DNA of 64,000 bases from a virus (IMGVR_UViG_2864804954_000001:46193-110192), one strand, 5' to 3'; shown: positions 26,886-35,934, counted from the stretch's first letter. Notes: generated from the letters alone by a model not told the origin. Made by a program: numbers and translations.

Positions 26886-27487
26886 GTTGCCTCCTGATAC
26901 TGATCGAGCAGATCCTCCGCGTATTCGCTTTCGCCATAGAAAGCCTCTACAGCTTCACAGTAAGTACCTGCGCGATCTTCTTCCTCTGCTTTGATGACGC
27001 TCAAGTATTTGTCTCCACCTTCAAGCGGCTTCATCCAAAGGTAGCTGTGTGCACCAAAGTTCCCTTCAGCTTCTTCAAGGAAGATATGCTTGACGTTGCA
27101 CTGCAGGCGGTTAGCGATCTGCTTTAATAGCTTTTCTCCCGCAGGGCCCCAAGCAGTGCTGAATCGAACCTCAAACATGCCTGAAAGCTCACAGCAATAA
27201 TCTTCCTTGTGACTGGCAAAATCAGATTCATGGGCGTTGTGTGTCGTTCCCCAATTTGTCTCCAACCACTTGCGCTGCATAACTTCAGGCATCACTGGCA
27301 TACGCAAGATGCGATCAAAATCAACACGGCATTCAATAGGCTCTGCAAGGAAGTGATGAGGACCTAAAAAATGCACTAGACGCTTCTTGCGGGTAAACTT
27401 CCGCATAAAAGCCTTTTTGTGCGCAAGAGGAATAATGATTGAGTTTTGGCACCAGTTAGGCATCTTCAAGCTCCTTTTTACAATCAA
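26879..27487 (-). CDS. hypothetical protein (202 aa)
   Basis: ORF, Cys/His-containing. Confidence 0.45.
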   Translation of the reverse strand: MIVKRSLKMPNWCQNSIIIPLAHKKAFMRKFTRKKRLVHFLGPHHFLAEPIECRVDFDRILRMPVMPEVMQRKWLETNWGTTHNAHESDFASHKEDYCCELSGMFEVRFSTAWGPAGEKLLKQIANRLQCNVKHIFLEEAEGNFGAHSYLWMKPLEGGDKYLSVIKAEEEDRAGTYCEAVEAFYGESEYAEDLLDQYQEATC

Positions 27488-27650
27488 TTACCGCCTGCTT
27501 TAAAAGCTCAAGAGAGCAGGGCTCACAAAAGTCCACGCACATTTTTAAAAGCGACATTGCACTTTTGGCTGCAGGCGTTGACATCTTCATCATGTACTGT
27601 GCGACGTCTTTATTAATTCCTGCCGCCTGTTCAATTTGAGATTGATTCAT
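27456..27650 (-). CDS. hypothetical protein (64 aa)
   Basis: Small ORF overlapping its neighbours. Confidence 0.35.
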   Translation of the reverse strand: MNQSQIEQAAGINKDVAQYMMKMSTPAAKSAMSLLKMCVDFCEPCSLELLKQAVIDCKKELEDA

Positions 27651-27883
27651 TCGTCTTCTCCTGCAGTCTTGCTGTAAAACTCCAAAAGCGCACAGTGGTA
27701 CTTTGCTGCCGCCTGTTCATTGACAATGCAATACTCTGAATAAGCATCACACGCGGGTCCACCTTCGTATGAATTTTCCATGTCAACTTTGACGCCTAAA
27801 CTTTCAGGTGTAGGCGCGCCCTTTTCAAGCGCACGTTCGTCAAGTCGAAAGTAGGAAGCGTTTTGCTGAATGTTGATATTCAT
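27647..27883 (-). CDS. hypothetical protein (78 aa)
   Basis: Small ORF in ATGA overlap. Confidence 0.35.
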   Translation of the reverse strand: MNINIQQNASYFRLDERALEKGAPTPESLGVKVDMENSYEGGPACDAYSEYCIVNEQAAAKYHCALLEFYSKTAGEDE

Positions 27884-29214
27884 GCTAATTCCTCCTCATC
27901 TTCTTCGCAGGCGACGTCATAGTGGTACACCGCTTCGATTACTTCGCCTTTGTCGTTGGTGCGGTAATACAGTGGAGCAGAGCCGTCACCGTGCGCTGTG
28001 TGCGAGTTACAGCCATGCTCAAACGTGCCACCTTCTTCTTTTTCAGGATTGTTGGCATTGCGGTATGAATCGCCACCTGATGACAGTGCGCATAGCTCAA
28101 AGTAGGCTTTGCGGTCGTCGCGATCTGTGTCGCCACCGTACTCGTTCTGATACCAACCTTCATCAAAGAAGCCCGCCTGACCTGAATCGACACCCACATC
28201 GAATTTGTTGTTTTCAATCCATACACCCTGATCGAAGGTGGTAAACTCAGGCACAGATTCATGCTTGACGTGCAGGAAGTGTGTGCGCTGTGGTTTACCG
28301 CTGTCAAACAGCTGTTGCGTGTACTCCACCGATTTTTTGAGCGCCTGCACGCAGACTGGATTTGACATGGTGAAATATACTTGGTCATGCGCTTCGTTGG
28401 CCGTACCTTCTGGAACACGCATACGCATTAATGCCATTGTTAGATGATGCCCATCACTCGAACGAGCGCGGTCAAGAATATGCGAGTATTTTTCAACAAG
28501 GACGTAATTGACTAGCTTCTCTAGGCAGTTCTGCGCGTAATCTTCCTCTTTCCACCAACTTCTGTGAGTGTTCAGCGGGGCAAATTTAGGCACTAAGGCT
28601 TCAATGATTGGCATAACTTCGGACGGATACCCGATTGACTTCCACGAAACGTAAATAGAGCGTCCATTCGCCTTCTCATACGCCTTAATTGCGTCGTAAA
28701 TTTGGACGTACTTTGCGTATTCGCCGTATTCAGTCATTGGCTCAAGAATTTCTATGGCCATCTTTTTCACAGCGATTAATTCAAGCAACTCGCCTTCGTC
28801 GTAACGATCACGGAAGAAACCGATTCGCGCTTGGTACTGACCATTGGCAGCAGGCATAGAGCCTTTGCACCACGTATCGTTGCTGTAGCATGGGTCGGTA
28901 AAGCGGATCGCGCCCGACTTAACTGTGAACACACCAAGATCGCGAACAGAACGTGTTGGCGAAGCGGCATTGATGCTCACGTAAGGAATCAACGACATTA
29001 CTTCAGTTACAGTTTGAGTGGCATCATCAAAAACAATCCAACCGTTTGCGAAGATGCCCCATTCAAATTTTTCGTTGGCAAGGTCTTCACCAACTTCGGG
29101 TGGAACAACAGAGAACCCAGTCTCACCGCGAACATATTCGAGAAAGGCGGGTATCGTTTTGTCTTTTTCGTGGCTCTTGCGCAAATCAGCAAGAACGCTT
29201 ACAAACTTCTTCAT
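27880..29214 (-). CDS. large hypothetical protein (444 aa)
   Basis: True start MKKFVSV with RBS AGAGG. The upstream 67 codons of the ORF-track entry translate the promoter/leader (IIIDLSKQ = ATTATCATTGACTTATCGAAACAAG). Confidence 0.5.
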   Translation of the reverse strand: MKKFVSVLADLRKSHEKDKTIPAFLEYVRGETGFSVVPPEVGEDLANEKFEWGIFANGWIVFDDATQTVTEVMSLIPYVSINAASPTRSVRDLGVFTVKSGAIRFTDPCYSNDTWCKGSMPAANGQYQARIGFFRDRYDEGELLELIAVKKMAIEILEPMTEYGEYAKYVQIYDAIKAYEKANGRSIYVSWKSIGYPSEVMPIIEALVPKFAPLNTHRSWWKEEDYAQNCLEKLVNYVLVEKYSHILDRARSSDGHHLTMALMRMRVPEGTANEAHDQVYFTMSNPVCVQALKKSVEYTQQLFDSGKPQRTHFLHVKHESVPEFTTFDQGVWIENNKFDVGVDSGQAGFFDEGWYQNEYGGDTDRDDRKAYFELCALSSGGDSYRNANNPEKEEGGTFEHGCNSHTAHGDGSAPLYYRTNDKGEVIEAVYHYDVACEEDEEELA

Positions 29215-29243
29215 GGGTTTAACCTCTTTGGTCAGTGTGACTT

Positions 29244-29270
29244 GTTTCGATAAGTCAATGATAATGCGTA
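29244..29270 (-). promoter_or_regulatory. early promoter/leader, TCGAAAC flanked by TGACTTA/AAGTCAC half-sites
   Basis: Minus: CATTATCATTGACTTATCGAAACAAGTCACACTG. The leader motif sits inside a palindrome resembling the intergenic palindromic element. Confidence 0.45.
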
Positions 29271-29284
29271 AACTTTGGAAAGGT

Positions 29285-30007
29285 TTAGGCAGATTGAGCT
29301 TCTGCTTTAAGCGCCCTAACATCAGCAGCGGTAAGCGTGGTGACTGGTCTAAACGTGTAATGTGCGTTGTAGATACGGTCGTCACCGATTGGGTCTGAGA
29401 ATACGAAAGTGCCATCTGCTCGTTGCATCATGTTTGCGCCATGCAGATCGACAAATGCGCGGTCGTAATCCTGCATGAACTGCGCAAGTTCATCTAAGGC
29501 GTCGATGATGGTTGGGTTGTCGTGCTGATAGAACGCGTTGTCGCGTAGGTGGTGCGCGATGTCTTTTGCTCTTGAGCGATAGTCAGGAACTTGTGACCGC
29601 TTGTCACCTTCGCGCCAATCTTTTGCAATACGACGAGACAAGGTGGCATTGCGCGTACCTTGAGGAATTTTATGCAATCTCTCAATCTCATAAAGATAGA
29701 TTGGCACTTGCAGCTCGATAGGATTTGTCAGCTTCGTGCGTGTCACGTTTTTTGATGTCGTGAACGTGCCAACGCGACCGAAGTTGCGAATGACATTTGC
29801 GAAGTGATGGCTGTCAGGTCGGTAAAGCGCGTCTGTATGGAACAGATAGCTTGCTTCATCAATGCTTAATTTTAAGACTGTGTTTTCGTTGTCGGATTCA
29901 AAGACGCCTGAATACTGGCCGCTACCGATAAGTTTACGACCTGCGAGGGCAGGATGATTCTTTCTGATCTCTTTAACGAGAGGGTCAGTTAATGTGAAAA
30001 TTTTCAC
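29285..30007 (-). CDS. putative protein kinase-like protein (240 aa)
   Basis: Gly-rich loop LIGSGQYSGVF followed by a VLKL lysine. Later HGANMMQRADGTFVFSDPIGD resembles the catalytic/Mg-binding segment of kinase-fold enzymes. Confidence 0.4.
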   Translation of the reverse strand: MKIFTLTDPLVKEIRKNHPALAGRKLIGSGQYSGVFESDNENTVLKLSIDEASYLFHTDALYRPDSHHFANVIRNFGRVGTFTTSKNVTRTKLTNPIELQVPIYLYEIERLHKIPQGTRNATLSRRIAKDWREGDKRSQVPDYRSRAKDIAHHLRDNAFYQHDNPTIIDALDELAQFMQDYDRAFVDLHGANMMQRADGTFVFSDPIGDDRIYNAHYTFRPVTTLTAADVRALKAEAQSA

Positions 30008-30113
30008 GGTGTACCTTTATTTGCTTTCGTTTCAATTGTGCTATTAAACAATGCGAATTGTGGAAAGTGTTGATTTTGTTGATATTGCCGAGCAGGGCAT
30101 AAAACAACAGGCA

Positions 30114-30143
30114 ATAAAAAACGGGCAAGTTTCCCTGCCCGTT
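30114..30143 (-). terminator. intrinsic terminator
   Basis: Minus: ACGGGCAG-ggaaact-TGCCCGT then TTTTT. Confidence 0.5.
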
Positions 30144-30259
30144 CCTCGACTGGAGTTGTAGCCTAAAGTTCACTTGCGGAAAACTTTAGCTCGAAACGCA
30201 CAACGCACCAACCAAAAAGGTAAGGTCAAAATAGCTCTTATACTTTGACCTGTCAAGGA

Positions 30260-30553
30260 TTACGCTTGTGGATTTTGATAAAAGTAACGGAAATACTCAT
30301 CCAAACCAGGCGCTCTATCCAACCTTTCCAATTCTCTGTCGGCTTGTTGAGCCTTCGCCAAACCCCAACGATGTAGGCAGTAACACAGTCCTGCGATAAC
30401 AAGGCAAGGAAAAAAGAAAATCCCCAGTACGCCAAAAATCATTACGGATAATAAAGATTGTCTGGCTTTTTCTTCGTACCACACCTTTTCTTCGGCAAGG
30501 TGTAATGCGCGTTCGCAAAGCTCATCCATCTCTTTAGTGCGTTCTAGTTCCAT
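30260..30553 (-). CDS. membrane protein (97 aa, 1-2 TM)
   Basis: Hydrophobic core LLSVMIFGVLGIFFFPCLVIAGLCYCL between charged helices. Confidence 0.4.
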   Translation of the reverse strand: MELERTKEMDELCERALHLAEEKVWYEEKARQSLLSVMIFGVLGIFFFPCLVIAGLCYCLHRWGLAKAQQADRELERLDRAPGLDEYFRYFYQNPQA

Positions 30554-30576
30554 TTTTTCCCCATGCAGAGGGCTTA

Positions 30577-30924
30577 TTAACCCTCTTTAGCTTCTTCCGT
30601 TACCGCTGTAGTTGATGCAAGTTCAGCTTGCATAGCGTCCAAACGGGTCAGGCTCGTAATGACAAAATTATCTTCACGAATATCATAGTTCTGGCAGAGC
30701 AACTTTTTAAGGGATTGATAGTGATCATGGGTCAAAATTACACCATCCAAACCCACTATGCCGTCAAACCATGTTGTTTGGCCATCTTGACCCACTCGAA
30801 ACGCTGCAAAGTGATAGCTTACAGGCGATAGCGGCGGTGCAGAGTCAGTTCGAGCTTCTTTCTTTGGAAAGTTCAAAACATTATCTTCAGGCTCAACTTT
30901 CGCCGCTGTTTGTCCTTTTGACAA
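30577..30924 (-). CDS. hypothetical protein (115 aa)
   Basis: ORF upstream of dnaQ-like gene. Confidence 0.4.
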   Translation of the reverse strand: MSKGQTAAKVEPEDNVLNFPKKEARTDSAPPLSPVSYHFAAFRVGQDGQTTWFDGIVGLDGVILTHDHYQSLKKLLCQNYDIREDNFVITSLTRLDAMQAELASTTAVTEEAKEG

Positions 30925-30936
30925 TTCTAAATCCTT

Positions 30937-31479
30937 TTAACTGATTGGTAATTTGTAGAAGCCGCGATCAATGCCCTTAAACAGACATTCGGCGAGGACT
31001 TCGGTGTCATAGTCGGCAGCATGGGCTGCTGTCGGGTCATAATCGACGCCCAATGCAAAGCAGAGTTCACCAAGCTTAGGTGATTTACCGTTGAAGGTTG
31101 CCCAACGACCATTGTCCATCGTACAGAAGGAGTTCACTAGCGGCACGGTCTTGCCAACGCGTAGCATTTCTCCTGCGATGAATGGCGCATCGAACGCGAG
31201 ATTATGTGCAATGAGGCACTTTGAACCTGAAATGATTCGATGCACTTCATCTGCGACATCCTCCCACTTGGGGCAACCCATCAGCATTTCATAGCTAATA
31301 CCATGAACCGCTTGTGCAGCAGGGTCGATAGGGCGATCGGGGTCGATACGTTGCACATATCGGTTTACGAGGCTTCGGGTGTCAAGGTCATACGTGAGTA
31401 GGGCAATCTCGATGATCTTGTCACCTTTTTCCTGACTTAGACCTGTAGTTTCTGTATCTGCGCATGTGATAAGTGTCAT
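30937..31479 (-). CDS. dnaQ: DnaQ-like 3'-5' exonuclease, DEDDh (180 aa)
   Basis: Exo I DTETTG, Exo II CLIAHNLAFDAPF, Exo III HAADYDTEVLAECL. Confidence 0.7.
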   Translation of the reverse strand: MTLITCADTETTGLSQEKGDKIIEIALLTYDLDTRSLVNRYVQRIDPDRPIDPAAQAVHGISYEMLMGCPKWEDVADEVHRIISGSKCLIAHNLAFDAPFIAGEMLRVGKTVPLVNSFCTMDNGRWATFNGKSPKLGELCFALGVDYDPTAAHAADYDTEVLAECLFKGIDRGFYKLPIS

Positions 31480-31571
31480 GCTGTTCTCCTAACGCCTTAT
31501 TGATGTGATCACTAATTGCTTAATGATCACATTGTAAAACGTCAATCTAGGGGTTGATGTTCTACAGCTGG

Positions 31572-32405
31572 CTACTTCACATTAACCAACGGTGATGCAC
31601 TTCCGTTGCCCAAAAAGACTGTATGAGTGCCTTCTTTTGCAAATGATGCTTCGGCTTCAATTTCCATTTTCCGCACTAGCATTGGCGTAAGTGACTGAGC
31701 AATTACATGGTTGGCTTCAGCGTCGGCGCGCGCCTTGATCAAGCGTACTTCCGCCTGAGCTTCCGCTAACTGCTTCTGACCTTCTGCGCGTTGGGTTTCA
31801 AACTGCACCTGAGCTGCTTGGCGAATCGAATCCTCCAATTTGCTGTCGGTCGTCAATGTGCGCACTGTGGCACCAGGAATAACGAACACACCAGGCATTT
31901 CTTTATTCAAGGACTTCTGTAGCTCACTGGTGACGTCGGCAGCAATTTCATCACGATGTTTGTGAATCTCCGCTGAATCATACTTGGCAGCAGCTTTGAA
32001 GATCGCTTCCAGTGCATGACGCTTCACGTAGCGCTCACCTACAACCTGATCACCGTCGGCATTTTCCGACAAGTCACCCGCCAATTTAGACAGCGTATCT
32101 GCCACCATGTTTGGCTGAATCATGTAGCGGATGTCGATGTCCACATTTTGCATAGTCACGTTGTCTTGCGTTTTAGGATGCAAGTTTTCGAGTGGCACAG
32201 TCGTTTCGCGGACACTTACCACTTTCAGGTCACGTGTGATGGTTTGATATGGACCAGGCGGCAGTTCATCCATTTTCATTTTGCCAAGCACCGATTCCAC
32301 ACCGACATGACCTGTTTCAACCTTGGTACAACCAGTGAAGGCCAATGCCATACCGATCGTTAAGATTCCTAATAATTTTTTCACTTTAAGTCCCTGTAAG
32401 TGCAT
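31572..32405 (-). CDS. SPFH/band-7 (prohibitin/HflKC-like) lipoprotein (277 aa)
   Basis: Lipobox LAFTGC after the signal peptide. Band-7 core followed by an Ala/Glu-rich coiled-coil (QFETQRAEGQKQLAEAQAEVRLIKARADAEA). Confidence 0.6.
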   Translation of the reverse strand: MHLQGLKVKKLLGILTIGMALAFTGCTKVETGHVGVESVLGKMKMDELPPGPYQTITRDLKVVSVRETTVPLENLHPKTQDNVTMQNVDIDIRYMIQPNMVADTLSKLAGDLSENADGDQVVGERYVKRHALEAIFKAAAKYDSAEIHKHRDEIAADVTSELQKSLNKEMPGVFVIPGATVRTLTTDSKLEDSIRQAAQVQFETQRAEGQKQLAEAQAEVRLIKARADAEANHVIAQSLTPMLVRKMEIEAEASFAKEGTHTVFLGNGSASPLVNVK

Positions 32406-32568
32406 AAGTGAGGATTGCAGTAAAGATCACTACAATCAGGATGATTTGAATTGCATACTTGCGGATAAAGGCAAACACTGGTGTACGAACCTGTTTCGAG
32501 CTAAGTCCGACGACCAGTGCCGCAATTACAGCAAGCACAAATCCCCATTTAATGAGAGCGGCAATCAC
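32386..32568 (-). CDS. small 2-TM membrane protein (60 aa)
   Basis: Two hydrophobic helices. Overlaps the SPFH gene start. Possible NfeD-like partner. Confidence 0.4.
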   Translation of the reverse strand: MIAALIKWGFVLAVIAALVVGLSSKQVRTPVFAFIRKYAIQIILIVVIFTAILTYALTGT

Positions 32569-32810
32569 TTTTTCTTGCGACCGCCCTGATGTTTAACTTT
32601 CGAGCTTTCGATAATCTTCACCAAGACATCCGTGTTTTGCTCCACAAACAATTTGAAGTTTGCTTCTGCCTGTTCGTCAGTGAAGTAATCTTCACCAAAC
32701 GCTTTCTTCCACGCTTCTTGGAAGTTGATACCTTCTTGGTGAATCACGAAATCGTCGTAATTCTTAAACAGTTTGCCGTCACTGGCTTCATGAACACGCA
32801 CTAATGGCAT
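32565..32810 (-). CDS. hypothetical protein (81 aa)
   Basis: ORF in ATGA overlap. Confidence 0.4.
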   Translation of the reverse strand: MPLVRVHEASDGKLFKNYDDFVIHQEGINFQEAWKKAFGEDYFTDEQAEANFKLFVEQNTDVLVKIIESSKVKHQGGRKKK

Positions 32811-32870
32811 GAGTAAATCCTTTTTGGTTGGGCGGTGACAGGTTTCGAGACTGCCACCGACGTTGTTTGT

Positions 32871-33590
32871 TTAAGCCGCTTTTAAGCCTAGATCACCAAG
32901 AGCTTGAATGGTTGCTTCTTTCACTTTGATGTGAATGGCACCTTCAAGACCCACTCGCAACAAGTCTTTCGCTGCATCCAATTGATCAGGCTCGTAACCC
33001 ATCAGAACTAAACCAAGCAATGAAGTGAGTGCTTCAAATTTGTCTTCAGGGGCAACAGTGGCTAATGCGGCTGCTGAATTGATAACTGAAATTTCGTAGT
33101 TGCGTGGGTCTTGCGCATGATCGGGGAACAGGATGTCGGCAAATTTATGACCAGAAGTTACGATGTCTTCCAATGTAGCGAATGGCTTGATTTTGATGTT
33201 GTGCGTGTTTTCAACCACCAAAGTTTTTTCGTCTTTGCCGTGAGCTGCGATTTTTGCTTGGTCTTGAGCGAGAAGCTTCTCTGCAATGTCCACTGCTAAT
33301 TTGGCAGCCACCACCACAGGTTTGTTTTCGTAGGCAGGCTTATTGCGAAGTTGAAGTTCAAAAATGGCGCGACGCACTAATTTGTCGGCTTCAACTGGAG
33401 TTAGCGACTTGTCACGTGTGAAGCCCGCAAGTGCGGCAATAAAAATTGCTGCTTCGCGATTAATGGCAGGGTGTAACTTTAAATCGCCAGTCTCAGTACG
33501 AGCAGGCTGTGTACTTGGGTCGGTAGCTTTCGATGCACGTTGACACATAATGGAAACCTTTTTGGTTGGTGCGACGCCCACATCGAGCAT
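32871..33590 (-). CDS. hypothetical protein (239 aa)
   Basis: ORF preceded by the palindromic element at 33605-33628. Confidence 0.45.
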   Translation of the reverse strand: MLDVGVAPTKKVSIMCQRASKATDPSTQPARTETGDLKLHPAINREAAIFIAALAGFTRDKSLTPVEADKLVRRAIFELQLRNKPAYENKPVVVAAKLAVDIAEKLLAQDQAKIAAHGKDEKTLVVENTHNIKIKPFATLEDIVTSGHKFADILFPDHAQDPRNYEISVINSAAALATVAPEDKFEALTSLLGLVLMGYEPDQLDAAKDLLRVGLEGAIHIKVKEATIQALGDLGLKAA

Positions 33591-33604
33591 CGCTACGTCG
33601 CCAT

Positions 33605-33628
33605 TATAGTCACCGCTGACTTACTTTT
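33605..33628. promoter_or_regulatory. palindromic element PAL
   Basis: TATAGTCACCGCTGACTTACTTTT, 15 nt upstream of the 33590 start. Confidence 0.5.
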
Positions 33629-33651
33629 TACGAATAGATGACATTGAATGG

Positions 33652-34419
33652 CTAAGGTTTAGCCAAATGATGATTATTCAGGATAATATCTAACTGTTTG
33701 GCGTCTAATGGCGAATCCGCTCGAAATACGTCAAGTCCAATTTGACGCAACTTATGCTCAACGCTGGCTTCAATTTCGATTTGCGCGTCATGTACCGCCT
33801 TATCAATGGTTTCCTCCGCACACTCCAATGCAAAGTGTAGGTTGTTCGGCAGCTTGCCAACATTACGCTTTGCGACGTCCAGTAGCGGTTCAAGTAGCGT
33901 TGTGATGTCTTTCTTGCTCACGGACTTCTGAGATTTGATTTCATCCACCTTCTCCGCGAGTTTCTGCAACGAGAGTTCTGCCAAGCGAATCGCTTTCTTG
34001 GCGTCATTGCGGATTTCACTCTTAATCAAGTCCGTCTTTGTTTCAATCGGCTCGATATTGGGCATCCGCGTTGTGGTCTTTTCAAACTCAGCGGGAGCAT
34101 ACTGGATGGTACATGGCGTACCTTCACCTTTACCGCTCGACTGAATCATAGAAACAAACTGCGCATGGCTCATCGCCACCTGAATGATCGACTGACGCTT
34201 GCCGTGAACCCAGTCAGTATTTAAACCACGCTGTAGGTATGCGCTTGAAATTTCCAACTGAATGTAATCGCGGTGCGATACGTCAGAGCCAAACAGAACT
34301 CGATCGCCTTGCGGATTAGACAGGCGAACTACACCGAATGCAGGATGTCTGTGAACTGCATAATCGCCGTCTTGCTCTACCGTTGGTCGTTGAGGTTTAA
34401 CCGCCCTTGTATGTGACAT
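33652..34419 (-). CDS. hypothetical protein (255 aa)
   Basis: ORF with no recognisable motif. Confidence 0.45.
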   Translation of the reverse strand: MSHTRAVKPQRPTVEQDGDYAVHRHPAFGVVRLSNPQGDRVLFGSDVSHRDYIQLEISSAYLQRGLNTDWVHGKRQSIIQVAMSHAQFVSMIQSSGKGEGTPCTIQYAPAEFEKTTTRMPNIEPIETKTDLIKSEIRNDAKKAIRLAELSLQKLAEKVDEIKSQKSVSKKDITTLLEPLLDVAKRNVGKLPNNLHFALECAEETIDKAVHDAQIEIEASVEHKLRQIGLDVFRADSPLDAKQLDIILNNHHLAKP

Positions 34420-34616
34420 GCCTTTAGTCTCTTATATACCGTGATTGAATTGTGACGCATGATGCTTGGAAAACATGACGTCAAAAGATTTAGCCAAAAG
34501 AAATCCCAAGTACCGCGAAGTGACTTGGGAAGACTTGGGGTCCGCGAGTGCTATCGTATATTTATATAAACCGCTATTAACTAATTTATATTTAATACGA
34601 TCGCGGGTTGGGAAAA

Positions 34617-35273
34617 CTACTGTCGGACTGAGGTGGCAAACTCCACACCACCAAGAGTACGAAGCTCACGGGCTTTACCAGCGTTCTTGCGTTCCAGTGA
34701 CCGCTTAATGCCAAGCTCGCAGGCTTTGATACGCATGTTGATGTCCAACATTGCGCGTGGAATGTAGAAGTGCGGAACAATCAGTCGCTCGTCTGAGAAA
34801 GTACCCAAGTAAATCAGGTTCAATTTCTCCATCAAAGCTAGAACAGATTTCGCTGACGTTTCACTTGATGTTAGGGGTACGCCTGGTTGCAACAGAACGA
34901 GCGATGTAAAGCGTTCGTTTGTCAAGTTGACGCAATCGGTCACGTACTGAGTTAGGCGCGCACTCTGCGCATCTGAGAGGTCATCCGTAACCGCTAACAT
35001 TGCATAGCCAATCAAGTCCAACGGTGTGCGATCACACACCGCGTCCAGACCTTTGATTGAGGAGTAAATCTCATCAAAACGTCGGAGCAAATGTTCTTGA
35101 ATGTCCATGCGGGTGTCAAAGTCATACGACTGGTTTGAAGAATCGTACCCAAGTTCCTTTTGAAGTGTGCCGATCTCCATTTTAACTAGAGTAGCACCTG
35201 ACTTTTTCGCATAGGCTTCCGCAAGTGTTGTTTTACCCGTGCGGTGTGCGCCTACTAACCCTAACATGATCAT
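34617..35273 (-). CDS. P-loop kinase, possibly dNMP kinase (218 aa)
   Basis: P-loop LVGAHRTGKTT at residues 6-16, like the T4 gp1/thymidylate-kinase arrangement. Confidence 0.45.
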   Translation of the reverse strand: MIMLGLVGAHRTGKTTLAEAYAKKSGATLVKMEIGTLQKELGYDSSNQSYDFDTRMDIQEHLLRRFDEIYSSIKGLDAVCDRTPLDLIGYAMLAVTDDLSDAQSARLTQYVTDCVNLTNERFTSLVLLQPGVPLTSSETSAKSVLALMEKLNLIYLGTFSDERLIVPHFYIPRAMLDINMRIKACELGIKRSLERKNAGKARELRTLGGVEFATSVRQ

Positions 35274-35653
35274 TAGCTGCGTAATTCCTGTTTGTCGGCA
35301 CGCACCTGAGCTTGAGCGTTCGAGTAAGTGCCTTGACTGTAGCGTTTGCCCAACTTTGCAATGTTGGCTTGAATTGTTTGTTCGCGAGTAATTCCTGTCA
35401 TCTGACGGATACGCTCCATGAAGAACTCAAGATCACCCAATTCTTCAATGACGTTTTCCATGTCAATCGGTTTGCGGTAGATGGTCACTCTTTTGATGGC
35501 GTCCAAAAGTTCACCCGCTTCGCCCGATACACCCATTGCCATGTGAGTTAATTCCGCATCTGCAGGAGTTAATTCACGGACGATCACTTCGCCTGGCTTA
35601 GATAGGGCTGCGACCATGTCAGAAAATACGATTGGTGATGTTGCTGCGTTCAT
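35273..35653 (-). CDS. MazG-like nucleotide pyrophosphohydrolase (126 aa)
   Basis: EAGELLDAIKR ... EELGDLEFF MazG helix pair. Confidence 0.55.
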   Translation of the reverse strand: MNAATSPIVFSDMVAALSKPGEVIVRELTPADAELTHMAMGVSGEAGELLDAIKRVTIYRKPIDMENVIEELGDLEFFMERIRQMTGITREQTIQANIAKLGKRYSQGTYSNAQAQVRADKQELRS

Positions 35654-35934
35654 TGGCTAAGTTCCTTCTTTAAGTCAGACAATGTTTGAGTTTTCGGCTT
35701 TTGGATTAAGTTCTTAATCGATTCTGCTATGTGTCGCGCTGCTTCTTCTTCTGCTTCTGCTTCGCTTTGCTTTGCGAGAGCTTTTTGCACTTTAAGCGCG
35801 TGTTTTGCTTGTTCGTCGCGTTGTTGTCGTGCGACTTCTTCAAGCTGCTTTACTTGCTTGTTAAAGTTGACCATCACGCTTGCGACACTCGCTGGGCTAA
35901 ACAAGGACTTAATGAAAACGAATAACTTGTTCAT
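35650..35934 (-). CDS. hypothetical coiled-coil protein (94 aa)
   Basis: ORF with an N-terminal hydrophobic stretch, rest charged helix. Confidence 0.4.
   Translation of the reverse strand: MNKLFVFIKSLFSPASVASVMVNFNKQVKQLEEVARQQRDEQAKHALKVQKALAKQSEAEAEEEAARHIAESIKNLIQKPKTQTLSDLKKELSQ

Noticed and set aside
17161-29415. Long N-terminal extensions of ORF-track entries (17161-17487, 17592-18101, 20336-20806, 20787-21239, 21236-21880, 27880-29415, 23682-24728) containing ...IETNN/SIETN/ISKQTT...
   Set aside because: These residues are the in-frame translation of the conserved promoter/leader ATCGAAACAAACAAC. The real starts are the internal Met about 20 nt downstream of the motif.
30186-30205. 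Plus-strand copy of the leader motif (GCTCGAAACGCACAACG) as a promoter for a plus-strand gene or sRNA
   Set aside because: No -10 or -35 upstream and no plus-strand ORF downstream. Probably a degenerate remnant, though an antisense sRNA cannot be excluded without RNA-seq.
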